Notes: generated from the sequence alone by a model not told the origin. Shown: positions 11,904 through 26,035, numbered from the stretch's first letter. The stretch: 64,000 nt of DNA from Octopus vulgaris (GCA_951406725.2 OX597818.1:31992001-32056000), one strand, 5' to 3'. Made by a program: numbers and translations.

Positions 11904-12583
11904 TATACACACTCACACTTGCTAGTAGACATAGACACATGCGAAGGTTGAACAGAAATTAGTGTATTAGGTAAAAAGTAACATGGTCGTTCGAACTGCA
12001 TATGTCAATAGAGAGATTCTCAGTTTTCGTTATACCGTTTCTCACACAGACGAATCAGGTAAGCCCGAGGTTTTAACAAAGACGCTGTGGCGGCTTCACC
12101 ATGGAATAGAACCTTGAACCATGTCTCTGTAGAGCTTGTAATCCACATGCCCATGTACGTGTATGCTGACAGGCATACATAAATAAATGAACACACACAC
12201 ACACACGCAGAGAGGCTCACATGTATGTACGAGGTCTTTGGAAGCAGAGAGATTAATATTTCAGTATGGACATTGCCATTATATTGAGGTAACTATAAAC
12301 TATATAACTCGCACTACAAAATGCATCACTTTTATGGCTGTCACAAACTCTCCGTATATTCCTTGGGATTCTTTGTTCCAAATTCGTTCAAAGTTGTTAT
12401 ATAAGAATTCATTTTGTTGTAAAAATTGACGAGAATTGTGCAGCATGCAGTGTGCATTGTGCAGCTAACCATGAACAACCTATTTCCAGCGCACATTCCT
12501 TGGTACATTAATATTGCTTCATCCTTATTCTCGTTTCAAATCAATGCATATAGTGCGTATGTGTATATGCGTACATGTGTGTG

Positions 12584-12619
<36 letters not shown>

Positions 12620-12625
<6 letters not shown>

Positions 12626-12948
12626 TCAGTGCTTAGAGCGTTGAGCTTACGATCGTGAGGTTGTGAGTTCGAATCCCGGATCGGGCAGCGTGTTGCGTTC
12701 TTGAGCAAGACACTTTATTTCACGTTGCTCCAGTTCACTCAGCTGTAGAAATGAGTTACGACGTCACAGGTATCCAGCTGTATCGGCTGTTGCCTTTCCC
12801 TTGGATAACACTTGTGGCCTGTAAAGGGGAGGCCAGTATGCATGGGCGACTGCTGGTCTTCCATAAACAACCATGGCCGGACTTGCGCCTGGTGGGGGGT
12901 AACTTTCTAGGTGCAATTCCACGATCAGTTATGACCGAAGGGGGTCTT
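12620..12948 (+). mobile_element. tRNA-derived SINE (head type 2 + tail type Z)
   Basis: tggctcagtgcttag..gagttcgaatccc, core ttcttgagcaagacactttatttcacgttgctccag shared with 6468-6790; different tail. Confidence 0.75.
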
Positions 12949-12961
12949 AGCATATATATAT

Positions 12962-13025
<64 letters not shown>

Positions 13026-13050
13026 TTACATATGTTTGAACGTACGTAAT

Positions 13051-13712
13051 ATACAAGGTGTAGCAGGGAAGACGGACGTTTTTGAAAAAGTCATAAACTC
13101 ATTAATTTTAGCTGCAAACAAAATTTATTGATATCAAATTTTGAATAAGCATTTGTCAAAATCAAGTGTGGAAAACAACCTCCATCATCAGGTGTCCGTT
13201 TTCATTGATGAATTTCTGAAGGCGTTCTTGGAAGTTGGCTTCCGCTCTCTCCAGAATCGTTCCGTCGATTTGGGGGAAATCCACGCCAACAGCTTTCTTC
13301 AAATCGTCCAGTGTACGAGTCTTATGCGCATACACACGTGCTTTGAGGTTTCCCCACAAGAAATAATCACACGTGGACAAATCAGGGGAACCCAGGGAGC
13401 GGAAAAACGTTAGCAAACCTGGAAATGAGGCCGTCACAGAAAAGAGAGCGAAGAACGTCGTAATTCAGGCACAAAAAAGTTTATCATTTCGATGCAACGC
13501 TCGAAGTTCACAATAACATTATTTCCATTACTATCTACGAAAAAGTACGGGTGGAAACGTAAGATTGTGTTGCAGGTGGGAACAGCCTGATTTCGGTGAA
13601 TGTTGAAGTGGTACCGAAGTACATGCTGAACTGCTATGACAGACTGGTTATTCTTCACATGACTGGTCGTTAGCAAGCATATGATGCTCTATCGTCCAAA
13701 ACGCGATGGCTT
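13051..13712 (-). mobile_element. Tc1/mariner-superfamily transposase remnant (internally deleted, frameshifted)
   Basis: SPDLSTCDYFLWGNLKARVY motif of DDE/D transposase C-terminus; N-terminal HFNIHRNQAVPT-like segment; terminus tacaaggtgt. Confidence 0.8.
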
Positions 13713-13739
13713 CACCTAAAAAAAAAAAAAAATGCTAAA

Positions 13740-13894
13740 GAGTGGCTGTGTGGTAAGTAGCTTGCTAACCAGCCACATGGTTCCGGGTTCAGTCCCACTG
13801 CGTGGCATCTTGGGCAAGTGTCTTCTGCTATAGCCCCGGGCCGACCAATGCCTTGTGAGTGGATTTGGTAGACGGAAACTGAAAGAAGCCTGTC

Positions 13895-13962
<68 letters not shown>

Positions 13963-14160
13963 CTGTGTTTGTTCCCCTAGCATTGCTTGACAACCGATGC
14001 TGGTGTGTTTACGTCCCCGTCACCTAGCGGTTCGGCAAAAAGAGACCGATAGAATAAGTACTGGGCTTACAAAAAGAATAAGTCCTGGGGTCGAGTTGCT
14101 CGACTAAAGGCGGTGCTCCAGCATGGCCGCAGTCAAATGACTGAAACAAGTAAAAGAGTA
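13740..14160 (+). mobile_element. SINE family A
   Basis: Full match to family A. Confidence 0.9.
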
Positions 14161-14358
14161 TACCACAGACGTATGGTACCTGTCAGACATATGTCCCTTC
14201 TGTTGGAGCTGAGTAACTGGCATTTCAAAAACGTTCATCCTCTCTGTCACACTCTGTACATACACACGAATACCACACACACATATATAAATAAAAATAC
14301 TCAAAAACGCATTTGTATATATGTTTGTGCGTGTGTGTTTGCATGTGACTATGACGTT

Positions 14359-14398
<40 letters not shown>

Positions 14399-14920
14399 AA
14401 GAGAAAATTTTAAAGCTTTTCAATGTAATATTAAAAATAAGACTAGACAGAAGAATATTCCACACATATATTTTCTGAGGCAAACTGAAATAAGCTCGAA
14501 TCCAGTATAGGTTGTGCGGACGTTTCAAGTTCATTCGTTAACTGATCGTCTATCTCATTCAACCCTGTTTAGGCGAGGAAGTAATCCATCTGCTGAATTT
14601 CATATCGCTCTGTAGCTGGAGGAAAATATTCCGGGTACTTTACTTGTCCTTCAAATATTGCAATCGCTTGACTCAGATCCAATAATCATTAGCAGCCAAT
14701 TTATATTTTATTTTTACTTTTATTTTATTATTATTTTTATCATTTTTATCATTACTTAATAATTATCTGTTTCTCTAATTTCTATTTATATATCCTTTGT
14801 GGTATCCCTTAATATTGTAGTGTCTCCCTTTTTTCGATGTAAACCCTACGTGTTTTTTGTGTTATATCTCATCCTATGATATTGTCCTCCATGCCTTGTG
14901 CCCTTTTAATGAATAAAAAA

Positions 14921-14989
14921 CTCAATGGTTTAGAGCACCGCGACGCGTAATCACGGAGGTGTGAGTTCGAGTCTCATAGCCAGCCGCCA
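14921..14989 (+). pseudogene. Degenerate tRNA-like sequence (tRNA pseudogene or orphan SINE head)
   Basis: D-arm-like ctcaatggtttagag, stem ccgcga/tcacgg, T-arm gtgagttcgagtctcat; 5' acceptor strand missing. Confidence 0.45.
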
Positions 14990-15107
14990 ACACTTTTTTC
15001 TTCAAAATAGTGGTGGCTTATCCTGTTCACGCTATATTATTAGCATTATCCTACGTTTGAGAATCACTTCTTTAACTTTCTAAGACATCTCAACGCTTCT
15101 AAATTTA

Positions 15108-15187
<80 letters not shown>

Positions 15188-15188
<1 letters not shown>

Positions 15189-15770
15189 TATGTTTGACTT
15201 TTGCTTTATGTCTGTACAAGTTGGCTCCAAGTCTCACCCAGAGACCTCAAGAGACAACAGGTTGGAAGTTCACGTTGTTGTTATGCCTAGTGTGCCATAT
15301 ATTTGGGGGGTTTTTTGGTGTTGTACTAGTGAGTGTCTAATACATAAATTAAAAAAAAAAAGTTTGTTTTAAACCTTGGGATTACATAGAGAGTATTTTG
15401 CGTAGGATATGAGCAGTTCCTATGAGCACTATCTTTTGAATTTTTGCCATTTTGGGGTTTTCTGGTATCTGAGTTAGGTAGCAATCAGCCCCTTTCGCTA
15501 TCATTCCCAGGGCACCTATGATAACAGGTATTGTTTTAGTCTTCAGGTTCCACATTTTGCTGATTTCTATTTCAAGATCTTTATATTTGCTCAGTTTTTG
15601 GTAGGTCTTGACAGATACGTTTATATCGATTGGGACAGTCATATCAATGAAGAGGCATGTTCTTTGTCTGAAGTCTTTCAATATGATGTCTGGCCTATTT
15701 GCATCTATCTTTCTGTCAGTTTGAATGGTGAAGTTCCAGAGGAGTGAGATGTGGTCATTTTCAAGCACTT
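15188..15770 (-). mobile_element. 5'-truncated RLE-endonuclease non-LTR retrotransposon (R4/Dong-like) inserted in (TAA)n
   Basis: ORF 15382-15768 with LWNFTIQTDRKIDANRPDI..IDMTVP..KYKDL..PVIIGALG (PD..D-type restriction-like endonuclease); (ATT)n on both sides (15105-15187, 15770-15830). Confidence 0.85.
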
Positions 15771-15775
15771 ATTAA

Positions 15776-15830
<55 letters not shown>

Positions 15831-16357
15831 TTAATCTAATATTGTATTGTTCTCTGTCTTCACGAGAGCAAATGTATATTTCTTTAATCTTCTATACACG
15901 ATAGAGAATATGTTATCAAAATGATAAAATGTGCAACTGACCAAAAAGTTTGAAGATGCATGTGAATGGAGTTTTTAAATAAAAGGATTATTATATAGTT
16001 TCATAAGTAGCCACTTCCTCACTTGAATCCAAGGCTCATTCAAAGGAATCCATCCAGTTGTGAACACTTTGAATCAGATCTCAGGTTTAGTGATCGCTCA
16101 CTATTCTGATATACCCCTTCCAACTGTAGTAGTTTTTACATCGATCAGCCAGAGGTTTGCTAGAAATAGCAGTAAAATCTTTCTTGAATTCAACACGCCG
16201 TCTTAAAAAAAAGAGTACAATGGATAAATTGGTCCCATATTTCCCTGCATGTAGAAGAATGTATGGATGGTCGTGACAGGAATACCTTTCGTCTTAGGCT
16301 TACTCGATCAAGGTTAACCTAAAAAATTACCTTCTCGAATTATGCCGACAAAAAATG

Positions 16358-16558
16358 ACAGGTTTCCCGGTTTCATGGCGCATATATTCCCCATCTGGAC
16401 AGAATGCTGCTCTATCGCAGGATTTCTCATTTTTTCCAGCTGAGTGGACTGGAGCAACGTGAAATGAAGTGTTTTGCTCAAGAATACAACGCGTCGCCCG
16501 GTCCGGGAATCGAAACCTTAAATTTACGATCAAGAGTCTAACTATTAAGCCACGTGCA
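16358..16558 (-). mobile_element. tRNA-derived SINE (head type 2 + tail type Y), degraded
   Basis: Reverse complement has ttcttgagcaaaacacttcatttcacgttgctccagtccactcagctg followed by ctgcgatagagc..gaaaccgggaaac. Confidence 0.7.
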
Positions 16559-17464
16559 TACGAGAATTTTAGTATCATAGTTTTCTTTTCCCTTCCGCTC
16601 AATCAGGCTTCAATGCCCTGCAAACTTTATGGGTGACATCCTTCTTCTTTGAATAAGATGTAAAAATAGAACTTCAGTGTAGAAGTGTGAAATTTGTTCG
16701 TGTATATTTTACATCATTAGCGAGGTGTATTCGCTTCAATTAAAAAGTGAGTAATTTCCTTGCAGAAACCTGTTGATTAAGTATGATCGTACGAACACAC
16801 TTGTGAGCATGCGCATACATCCCGCTCACATTTTCATACATAACCTTATATGTATGTATACACATGTATATCTATACCACCATGGTATAGAAATGCATAG
16901 GCTGTGTGTGTAGCGGTGAAGGGGTAGATTAATGAAGTAAGGTGTTCATGAAGAAATTGCCAAAAGAGAATTTTATCAAATGTCATTACTTAATTTTAGA
17001 AATACACAAAGCCAAAAATCTTTTTAAATCACTATAAAAATATCAGAAATATTAATTACAGTTCAACTGTTTTTATTTTTATTTTTTCCTTTCAACAGGT
17101 TTGTAGCAGTGCAAGTAGAAACCCACTTACTGAACGAGGGGTTCACAGATTAACGATTTAATTTTCTATTAGCATGGCGCCCATTTACCTAAGCTTGACT
17201 ATATAAGTGTCATATCAGAGTGAAAATATCAAAAATATTAATTAGAGTTCTGCTGTTTACTCTTTAACAGTTTTCAGTAACACCAGTATAAATCCATTTT
17301 CCTATCGAGGTGTGTTCACAAATTAACAACTTTATTTTCTATTAAACCAAAGCGCATTTTACCTCAGCATGACTTCGGAAAAGTATGTGTTATTAGATGA
17401 CTTATGCCTTCCACCATAAAATGGAGATTCGTCTTGCTGAAAATTGCACTGTGGCTGGTTACTA

Positions 17465-17817
17465 CATTCATTCATTTCTATCTGCTTAGTCGAAGTCGAC
17501 TCTCGGTTACTCGTTGGATCAGTGTACTCCAGTCAGTTCTATCCTGGGCCGGTTCCTTCAGACTGGCCATGTCCATTCCGGTATCACTCCTGATGGTGTC
17601 AAGCCAGCGGGTTCTTGGTCTGCCTCTTCCTCTCTTGCCACTGACCATTCCGAGCATGATGTCCTTCTCCAGGGATTCTCTCTGCATAATATGACCGAAA
17701 TATGCCAATCTACGCTTGGTGATCCCAGCTTCTAGCGACATTTTCGGCCTAATCTGCTTAAGAACTTCTCCATTGGTGAGTCTCGCTGTCCATGGAATCC
17801 GCAAAAGTCTTCTCCAA
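17465..17817 (-). mobile_element. RTE-clade LINE 3' end with (TGAA)n tail
   Basis: RIPWTARLTN..LAYFGHIMQRESLEKDIMLG..GKRGRGRPRTRWLD, typical RTE C-terminus. Confidence 0.85.
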
Positions 17818-18102
17818 CTATAGATTTATATAAGCATGCGATTTTATACTTGAAATGAAAATAAATGAACGAATAAATAAATAAATCTAGAAAGATTGTG
17901 CTATGATATAGTTTACATGTACTTCCTTAACGAAAATGAAAAGAAGAAAGTTGACTTCTAGCAAGATGATTATCTCCCTTGCAATAGGATGTACACTCAG
18001 CCAATGAAAGAAGAGCTAGATGTATATATTAGCTCTCACTAGTAGGGCTTAAACTTGAAAATTTATTTCTATTGAAGGTAAACAGGAATGTAACTGTAGT
18101 GT

Positions 18103-18540
18103 TCATCATCACCCTAGTCAGGTGTCGCACTATGCGATGCTGTGGTCATCACGATGTCTTGCCACCTTCTCCTGTCCTCTACCCCATGGGCAGCTGAGAA
18201 TAAAGACAATCCTGTGGCTGCGATGTCTTTCAGCCAAGAAGTGGGTGGTCTGCCTTTTTTACGTCTGCCATTCACCTTGCCAGTTATGATCGTTCGCTCC
18301 AGTCCATCCCGACGCATGACGTGGCCAAAGAACCGTAGCTGCCGTTTCATGATGTTTCGCCGAAGCGTCATCTCGCAACCGAGCTTTTCTAGTACCCAGT
18401 TGTTCGTCCTTCTCTCCGTTCATGACGCTCTAAGGATTCTGCGGTAGCACCACATTTCAAAAGCGCTCACTCTTTTCTCGTCTGCCTTCAACATTGTCCA
18501 CGACTCGCAGCCGTACGTTGCAATAGAGAAAGCGGCAGCT
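18103..18540 (-). mobile_element. RTE-clade LINE 3' end, copy 1
   Basis: YGCESWT..AFEMWCYRRIL..LRFFGHVMRRDGLE..GRRKKGRP; (GAT)n tail. Confidence 0.85.
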
Positions 18541-18667
18541 ACTAGAAGGATTACGATAATGAGAAGGGAGCCTTTGGTGTGAGCGAGGCTGGTGAAGAAA
18601 TGTGAGGCCTTGATCGTAGATTTCCTGGATCAGAGTTGACATAAGGCTGACTACCACTACCAACAGC

Positions 18668-19065
18668 TCATCATCATCCTAGTGATGTGTCGCACTATGC
18701 GATGCTGTGGTCATCACGATGTCTTGCCACCTTCTCCTGTCCTCTACCCCATGGGCAGCTGAGAATAAAGACAATCCTGTGGCTGCGATGTCTTTCAGCC
18801 AAGAAGTGGGTGATCTGCCTTTTTTACGTCTGCCATTCACCTTGCCAGTTATGATCGTTCGCCCAAGTCCATCCCGACGCATGACGTGGCCAAAGAACCG
18901 TAGCTGCCGTTTCATGATGTTTCGCCGAAGCGTCATCTCGCAACCGAGCTTTTCTAGTACCCAGTTGTTCGTCCTTCTCTCCGTTCATGACACTCTAAGG
19001 ATTCTGCGGTAGCATCACATTTCAAAAGCGCTCACTCTTTTCTCGTCTGCCTTCAACATTGTCCA
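18668..19065 (-). mobile_element. RTE-clade LINE 3' end, copy 2 (near-identical tandem copy)
   Basis: Only a few substitutions versus 18103-18500; offset 565 bp. Confidence 0.85.
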
Positions 19066-19517
19066 ACATTATCCTACTGCTAAAATAATAGCAAAACAGA
19101 ACAAGAGTACAAACCAGTCTAAAATTACGCACACCTGTATTATGACCGAGTCTAGAACATTTATCCCCATGGACAATAACCCATCCCTCTCCCAACCAAG
19201 GACAATTACTCCTCAGGACAACAACCCCCTAGGACAATTATCGGCTAAGACAATTACCACTAAGCAGTTAACTGCCGGTGTGTACTGTATTTTCCCTGTG
19301 TATAAGCCATTATTTTTCACATGTGAAAATTAGTGTGCGGCTTAGAGAAAGGTCCCCTAATGTGTATATATTTTTATATAAGTTTCAGGAGGAAAATAAT
19401 TTATGTATGGAGATCAAATGAATCCACTGACTTTTTCAGAGAAAATGTCGGTCGGTGAACAACGTGAAAGATTACCGCTACAGTATATATAAAGATTACT
19501 ACTACAGTATATTATGA

Positions 19518-19720
19518 AGGCGGCGAGCTGGCAGAAACGTTAGCACGCCGGGCGAAATGCGTTGCCGTATTTGCCGAGTTCAAATTCCGCCGAGGTCGAC
19601 TTTGCCTTTCATCCTTCCGGGGTCGATAAATTAAGTACCAGTTACGCACTGGGGTCGATATAATCGACTTAATCCGTTTGTCTCCTCTGTGTTTAGCCCC
19701 TTGTGGGCAGTAAAGAAATA
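19518..19720 (+). mobile_element. SINE family B monomer
   Basis: ggcggcgagctggcagaaacgttagc...tttagccccttgtgggcagtaaagaaat. Confidence 0.85.
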
Positions 19721-20354
19721 TATATTGGTGCCCGGAAGAAAACAAAGCATATTTGATTTGTTTTACCTTCATGTTTTTGATAATGTTATTATTAATCTAA
19801 TAAAGACTTTAATATTGACGAAATGTGTTTGTTGTTGATTATAGTTAGACAAAATCATAACAATAACAATACATCTCATAGGGTGGCACTAGAAATTTTA
19901 ATCAAATGCTGGTCCTTGCCACCCAAACATTTGGAAGTTTTAAAAATATATCAAAAGAGAGCAAGCATTACAAGTACTTATAACCCAATCCTTGATGGGT
20001 TTAGCTAAACAGCCATCTAGAAATAAATATTTAGATGCTTCAGCTTCTGTTAATGCCGTAGTTAGCAATTATGAAAACATAAATGTCATACAATATTTGC
20101 GTGGAATCGTGTATAATTTACACATTTAGATGATGATTTAAAACTTCTTAATAATTTCGAAAGGGGGTAGTTAATCAAGATTATGACCATCTTTTCCTTT
20201 TATCTTTTTTATCTATTCAAGTCACTAGACTGCAGCCATATTGAGGTAGCCACCCTGCAAATATTGCTTGGTAATCGAGCTATCACGTAGAGGCCACGTC
20301 GTGTGTATGCATGTGTATCTCCCTGTATATATAACATATACTCATATATAAACA

Positions 20355-20427
<73 letters not shown>

Positions 20428-20487
20428 ATATATATATATATATATATATAAATATATGTGTGTGTGTGTGTGTGTGTTTCTGTATAA

Positions 20488-20555
<68 letters not shown>

Positions 20556-20724
20556 CACACACAAACACACAAATATATATATATATATATATATAACTAT
20601 ATGTATGCGCGCGTGAGTCATCTAAGAGACCGTAAGTCTGGGAGAAGATGCACTCGTATAACTCACACTGGAGTGGGTTTATTATCCGAATTTTATATTG
20701 TTGAATATCCATCACGACTGATCT

Positions 20725-20804
20725 TACCAATCGGTTTCGCGTAAAGAATACAATGGAGTGTTTGGTAACGATCCAATTATATAACTCTACACTCATCAGA
20801 GATA
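20725..20804 (-). ncRNA. Type I hammerhead ribozyme motif
   Basis: Minus strand: CTGATGA-gtgtagag...ctttacgc-GAAA-ccga-TT-ggta; stem I imperfect. Confidence 0.65.
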
Positions 20805-20866
20805 GCCGATATGGAAGGGAATATGGCCACTGCTCTCTATTATCGGAGGTGGATTAGCACAACCGG

Positions 20867-20945
20867 TACTCTGATGAGCGTAGAGTTATATAAGTGCATT
20901 GTTACCTAACACTCCGTTGTATTCTTTACGCGAAACCGATTAGTA
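20867..20945 (+). ncRNA. Type I hammerhead ribozyme motif with intact catalytic core
   Basis: tact-CTGATGA-gcgtagag...ctttacgc-GAAA-ccga-TT-agta: stem I tact/agta, 8-bp stem II, minimal stem III. Confidence 0.75.
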
Positions 20946-21009
20946 AGACCAGCCGTGATGGATAGTTAATACTGTAAAAATCGGATAATATATATATATA
21001 TATATGTGT

Positions 21010-21340
21010 GTGTTCAGATGAATATATTACTTAAGTTGGGGCACCAGAATTTAGTATGGTATTATCCATACAATTTAAAATAAGATGATTATAATCAAAA
21101 TAAGCGACAAGGATATCCAGAGGTAATGCAGTACGATCGTTTCATAAGACTCCATTTAATTGAACAATGCAAACATTACAATCAATTTAAAATGAAGAGC
21201 AATCTTCAGCTGCACAAAAAACATAGAATTTAATGAAATTTAAAGGACACATTAGTATAATTTTATACAAAATCCCCAAGAGGTCGCATGAAACGATCGT
21301 ACTGCATTACCTCTTGATATCCTTGTTGCTTATTTTGTTC
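21010..21340. mobile_element. Second HHR-bearing element with short inverted terminal segment, between (TA)n tracts
   Basis: 21096-21145 is the reverse complement of 21288-21337 (atgaaacgatcgtactgcattacctc..gatatccttg). Confidence 0.65.
21127..21214 (-). ncRNA. Type I hammerhead ribozyme motif
   Basis: Minus strand: tgcag-CTGAAGA-[long stem II ctcttcattttaaattga/tcaattaaatggag]-GAAA-cgatcg-TA-ctgca; stem III is the palindrome ACGATCGT. Confidence 0.7.
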
Positions 21341-21624
21341 ATATATATATATATATACGCACATGCACTACAAGCTATTCTTCAAACAAGCGCAGCTTCT
21401 CTATATCTTGCTGGAGAAGTTAGAAACTCTACTCGAAAAATTGAAGAAACATGTGATTATTCTAGTATCTGAGATCCCAGATGCACCAGCATGATGGCAA
21501 AGAGCGCCAACTAAGGATAGTAGTATCGAGCGCCATCTTTCTCAAAAGATAAAAGAGAACAAAGCAAAATAATGAAAACATCAAAAGGAGAGCTGTATTA
21601 GCAATAACATAGGTGGTATCACAC

Positions 21625-22361
21625 GAGGAAGGTGTGCAGCGTGCGATCGTCGCATTGACAATGTCAGAAAGTTGAGCGAGAAATCTGTATCAATTGTTTC
21701 CAAATGCTTGGCGATGTCTGCTCAAAGGCCTACGCAAAGTATTCAAAAAGTTTTCCATTGTTCTCGACACAATCAAGATGATGGGCAAGTGAAATCCGAT
21801 TGTCTTTTTGGTCAGTTGAAAGCAGTTTTGGCACAAAGTTGGTAGACACACGTTTCATACCCAAATCTTCAGTGATAATGGACTGAACTGAACCATAATA
21901 AATCTGCACATCCTCTGATAAGTCACGGGTGGTGATTCGACGATTTCCTCTCACAGCTGTACACACATCTGCGATGCTATTCTTAGTTCTGCTGCTTACC
22001 GGGTCTCTCAGAACGTTCGTCAATATCGTCCTTTCTTCGACCATCTTGGAAACGTCTGAACCACTCGTACACTTGTGTGCGGCTCGTACACTCCTCTCCG
22101 TACACTTTCTGTGACTTTGTGAAAGCCTCTGAGCCGGTATCGCTATGACTGCTTTCTCTGTCATAGTCAATGCGTTGATCCCACGCTACACACCTTCCTT
22201 CCAAGCGGTGTTGTAAACAGCGGAAGTGAGCTAGAACGTTAAAACTTAGTCCATATGCACAAAAGAGATCCAAGGTCAATCTCTGCCGAGCAGCTTTACT
22301 CTGCATGCTTTAGCTTCGTTACCATGGAAACAGTTCGGATACTTTTTGATCAGACCTTGTA
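21625..22361 (-). mobile_element. Non-autonomous mariner derivative with long inverted arms (one end truncated)
   Basis: KVYGEECTSRTQVYEWFRRF HTH and NRRIT.R.LSEDVQI motifs; homologous to 44214-45113; terminus gatcagaccttg-ta. Confidence 0.8.
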
Positions 22362-23059
22362 TTTATAGATCCATAGATTTTAGTCTATCAATACACACAC
22401 AAACACACACACACATACGCACGCACACACAAACACATGCAACAGGTACGTACCGTCAGTAATTACTCAGGTAGGTAGTTGGGGACATTCATGTAGTAAA
22501 ACACACAAAAAATAAGCATGACTGAGTTTGTGGCAGATCTATTTCTACGTCTATAGCACGTAAAGAAAACGTTACTATAGGAATGCACTACAGCAGTACT
22601 ATGCGTAGCTTAAATACTGATATTTAAAGGCAGGGATGAATTATGCCTACCTAATCTAAAAAAAATAAAGTATTTTGCATTTTATGCATAGTAATCAGAG
22701 TAACCTTCATAATTTTATTGAATTTGGGGCATATTTTGCCATATAAGTAAAATGTTACTATCGATGTATTTTATTCAAAGTAGGCACTGCCTACCTAGGC
22801 GGCACGCACTGCCTACCTAGGCGGCACGCACTCACGCACGCATACACACACATTGACACAATATGTTTACAATACATATTTACCTATATAACAGATATTA
22901 CAACTGCAATAAAATGAATTTGATAGTAAGAGAAAAAGACAAATAAACAAACAAAAAATGAGAACGCTACTCCATTTCCTTTCTTCGACCCCTAAAAATA
23001 TAAGGCTGTAGGGAGTGGTGTGAGGAAAATATTTGGTGGTGGCAATGGGGTAAATGCAT

Positions 23060-24570
<1,511 letters not shown>

Positions 24571-24927
24571 TCTCTCTCTCTCTCCCTATAGACACACATG
24601 CATATACGTAAATATCTTCAAGTGGTTGGATAGATAACATCACGCTGTGCACCAGTTTTGGAACCAATACAAATACGTTCGCTGTGAAATATAGTGTGAT
24701 TGCACAGTTTTGACAGAAATGCCCAAATAAGCAATGTTATGGATTTCTTATTGTCTTCATAATGCTCAAAGTGGGAATTGCCGAAGAAACCTTTGAAGCC
24801 TATCAATTGCTATCTTTGGAAATACTTGATTGAATCTGCTTCCTCTGATACCCATGAAATATGGAAGTGCCCTTCTTCTCCGCCTTCTGTCTCTTAAAGC
24901 CACAACTTACATTGTCGATGCCTCTAG

Positions 24928-24950
24928 TGCTGCTGCTGCTGCTGCTGCTG

Positions 24951-25030
<80 letters not shown>
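24928..25030. repeat. (CTG)n(CTA)n trinucleotide microsatellite
   Basis: Seen directly. Confidence 0.95.
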
Positions 25031-25367
25031 TACCGTTACTGCAACTTGGAATTTCGAGAGGAATTCTGTTAGTCGATGCATTTGTTTCTTTCAAGCGCTG
25101 TTTACCTGTCTAAGAACGCTCGCCTTCAATAAATGGCAAAATATTTTCTGAGAGCTCAGGAATTTCCTGGGCCCAGGTACAATGTATTGGCACTAATACT
25201 TCTACTAGTACCAGTTGTATACTGTTTGCTTGTTTCTCTTGGCTGTGTTCCGTATGAAAAAAATTTCCATCGCTTTTCACCCTAAGTCTTTAATATTTGC
25301 TATCTGATTAAGGCGGTATTTATTCTGTCTTTAAGTTCTGAATTCAAATTCCGCCGAGGTCAACATA

Positions 25368-26035
25368 TTCCCCTCTCAGATTCACACACATATTGCAGCG
25401 ATTCTTCAGTTTTTTTTTAAGCCCTGTAAAAGAAATCGGAGTGTTGGTCTTCCAACCAGGCCATTCACGATAACCTTAAAACCAAGAACTTTTCAGCACC
25501 TTCTCATGGACGACGTTTTGACTATTTGGTATTAGTTTCAGTCCCCAATGAAGAATCTTATAAACAGACAAAATTCTGAAACCAGGTTTCTATTCTTGAC
25601 CGTCGTTTATGCAGGTACGATCGTATGAAATATGAAACATTTTAAAAGCTTTTATATGGCTGCACCACCTGCTAAGAAAATGAACCATATCTCACCTAGA
25701 TCATAACCGACTGATTTTATTAAATGACATTTTAGCTATTTGCTTTAGAGTTGATTGTGTCTTAGTAAACGACGTAATGGTCACAGATGGAATGCCCATG
25801 ATCATAGGTATCCTCAAATTGTATTACATTGAGTGTAGACAACTACAAGAACGAATGTATATTTGTGAGTGTGTGTGTGAGTGTGTAAAATAAAATCTGC
25901 AGATAAGTTTCTAGGTTTAAGGGTGTCGCGAAAGGCCTTGTTGGAAGCCTAACCTTCAGAGTGTTTTTTTACAGGGCTTAGAAAAACTGAAAAACCGCTG
26001 CAATATGTGTGAGAATATGAGAGGAATATAATTAA
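25368..26035. mobile_element. Two oppositely oriented mariner 3'-end remnants (25368-25592 minus; 25898-26035 plus)
   Basis: cagggcttagaaaaactgaaaaaccgctgcaatatgtgtgagaatatgagagg translates to GLEKLKNRCNMCENMRG, like the mariner C-terminus; third copy at 43862-44045. Confidence 0.6.

Larger units (their letters stand above)
20613..20990. mobile_element. Inverted-repeat element in (TA)n with two hammerhead ribozymes (Penelope-like pLTR-type)
   Basis: Arms 20680-20800 and 20870-20990 are reverse complements; each contains an HHR; TA-rich tracts on both sides. Confidence 0.75.

Noticed and set aside
22784-22832. 22-bp tandem duplication gcactgcctacctaggcggcac
   Set aside because: Simple local slippage duplication with no further structure.
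24615-24900. Possible highly decayed LINE fragment
   Set aside because: Only faint motif resemblance (SHFE); cannot be assigned by eye.
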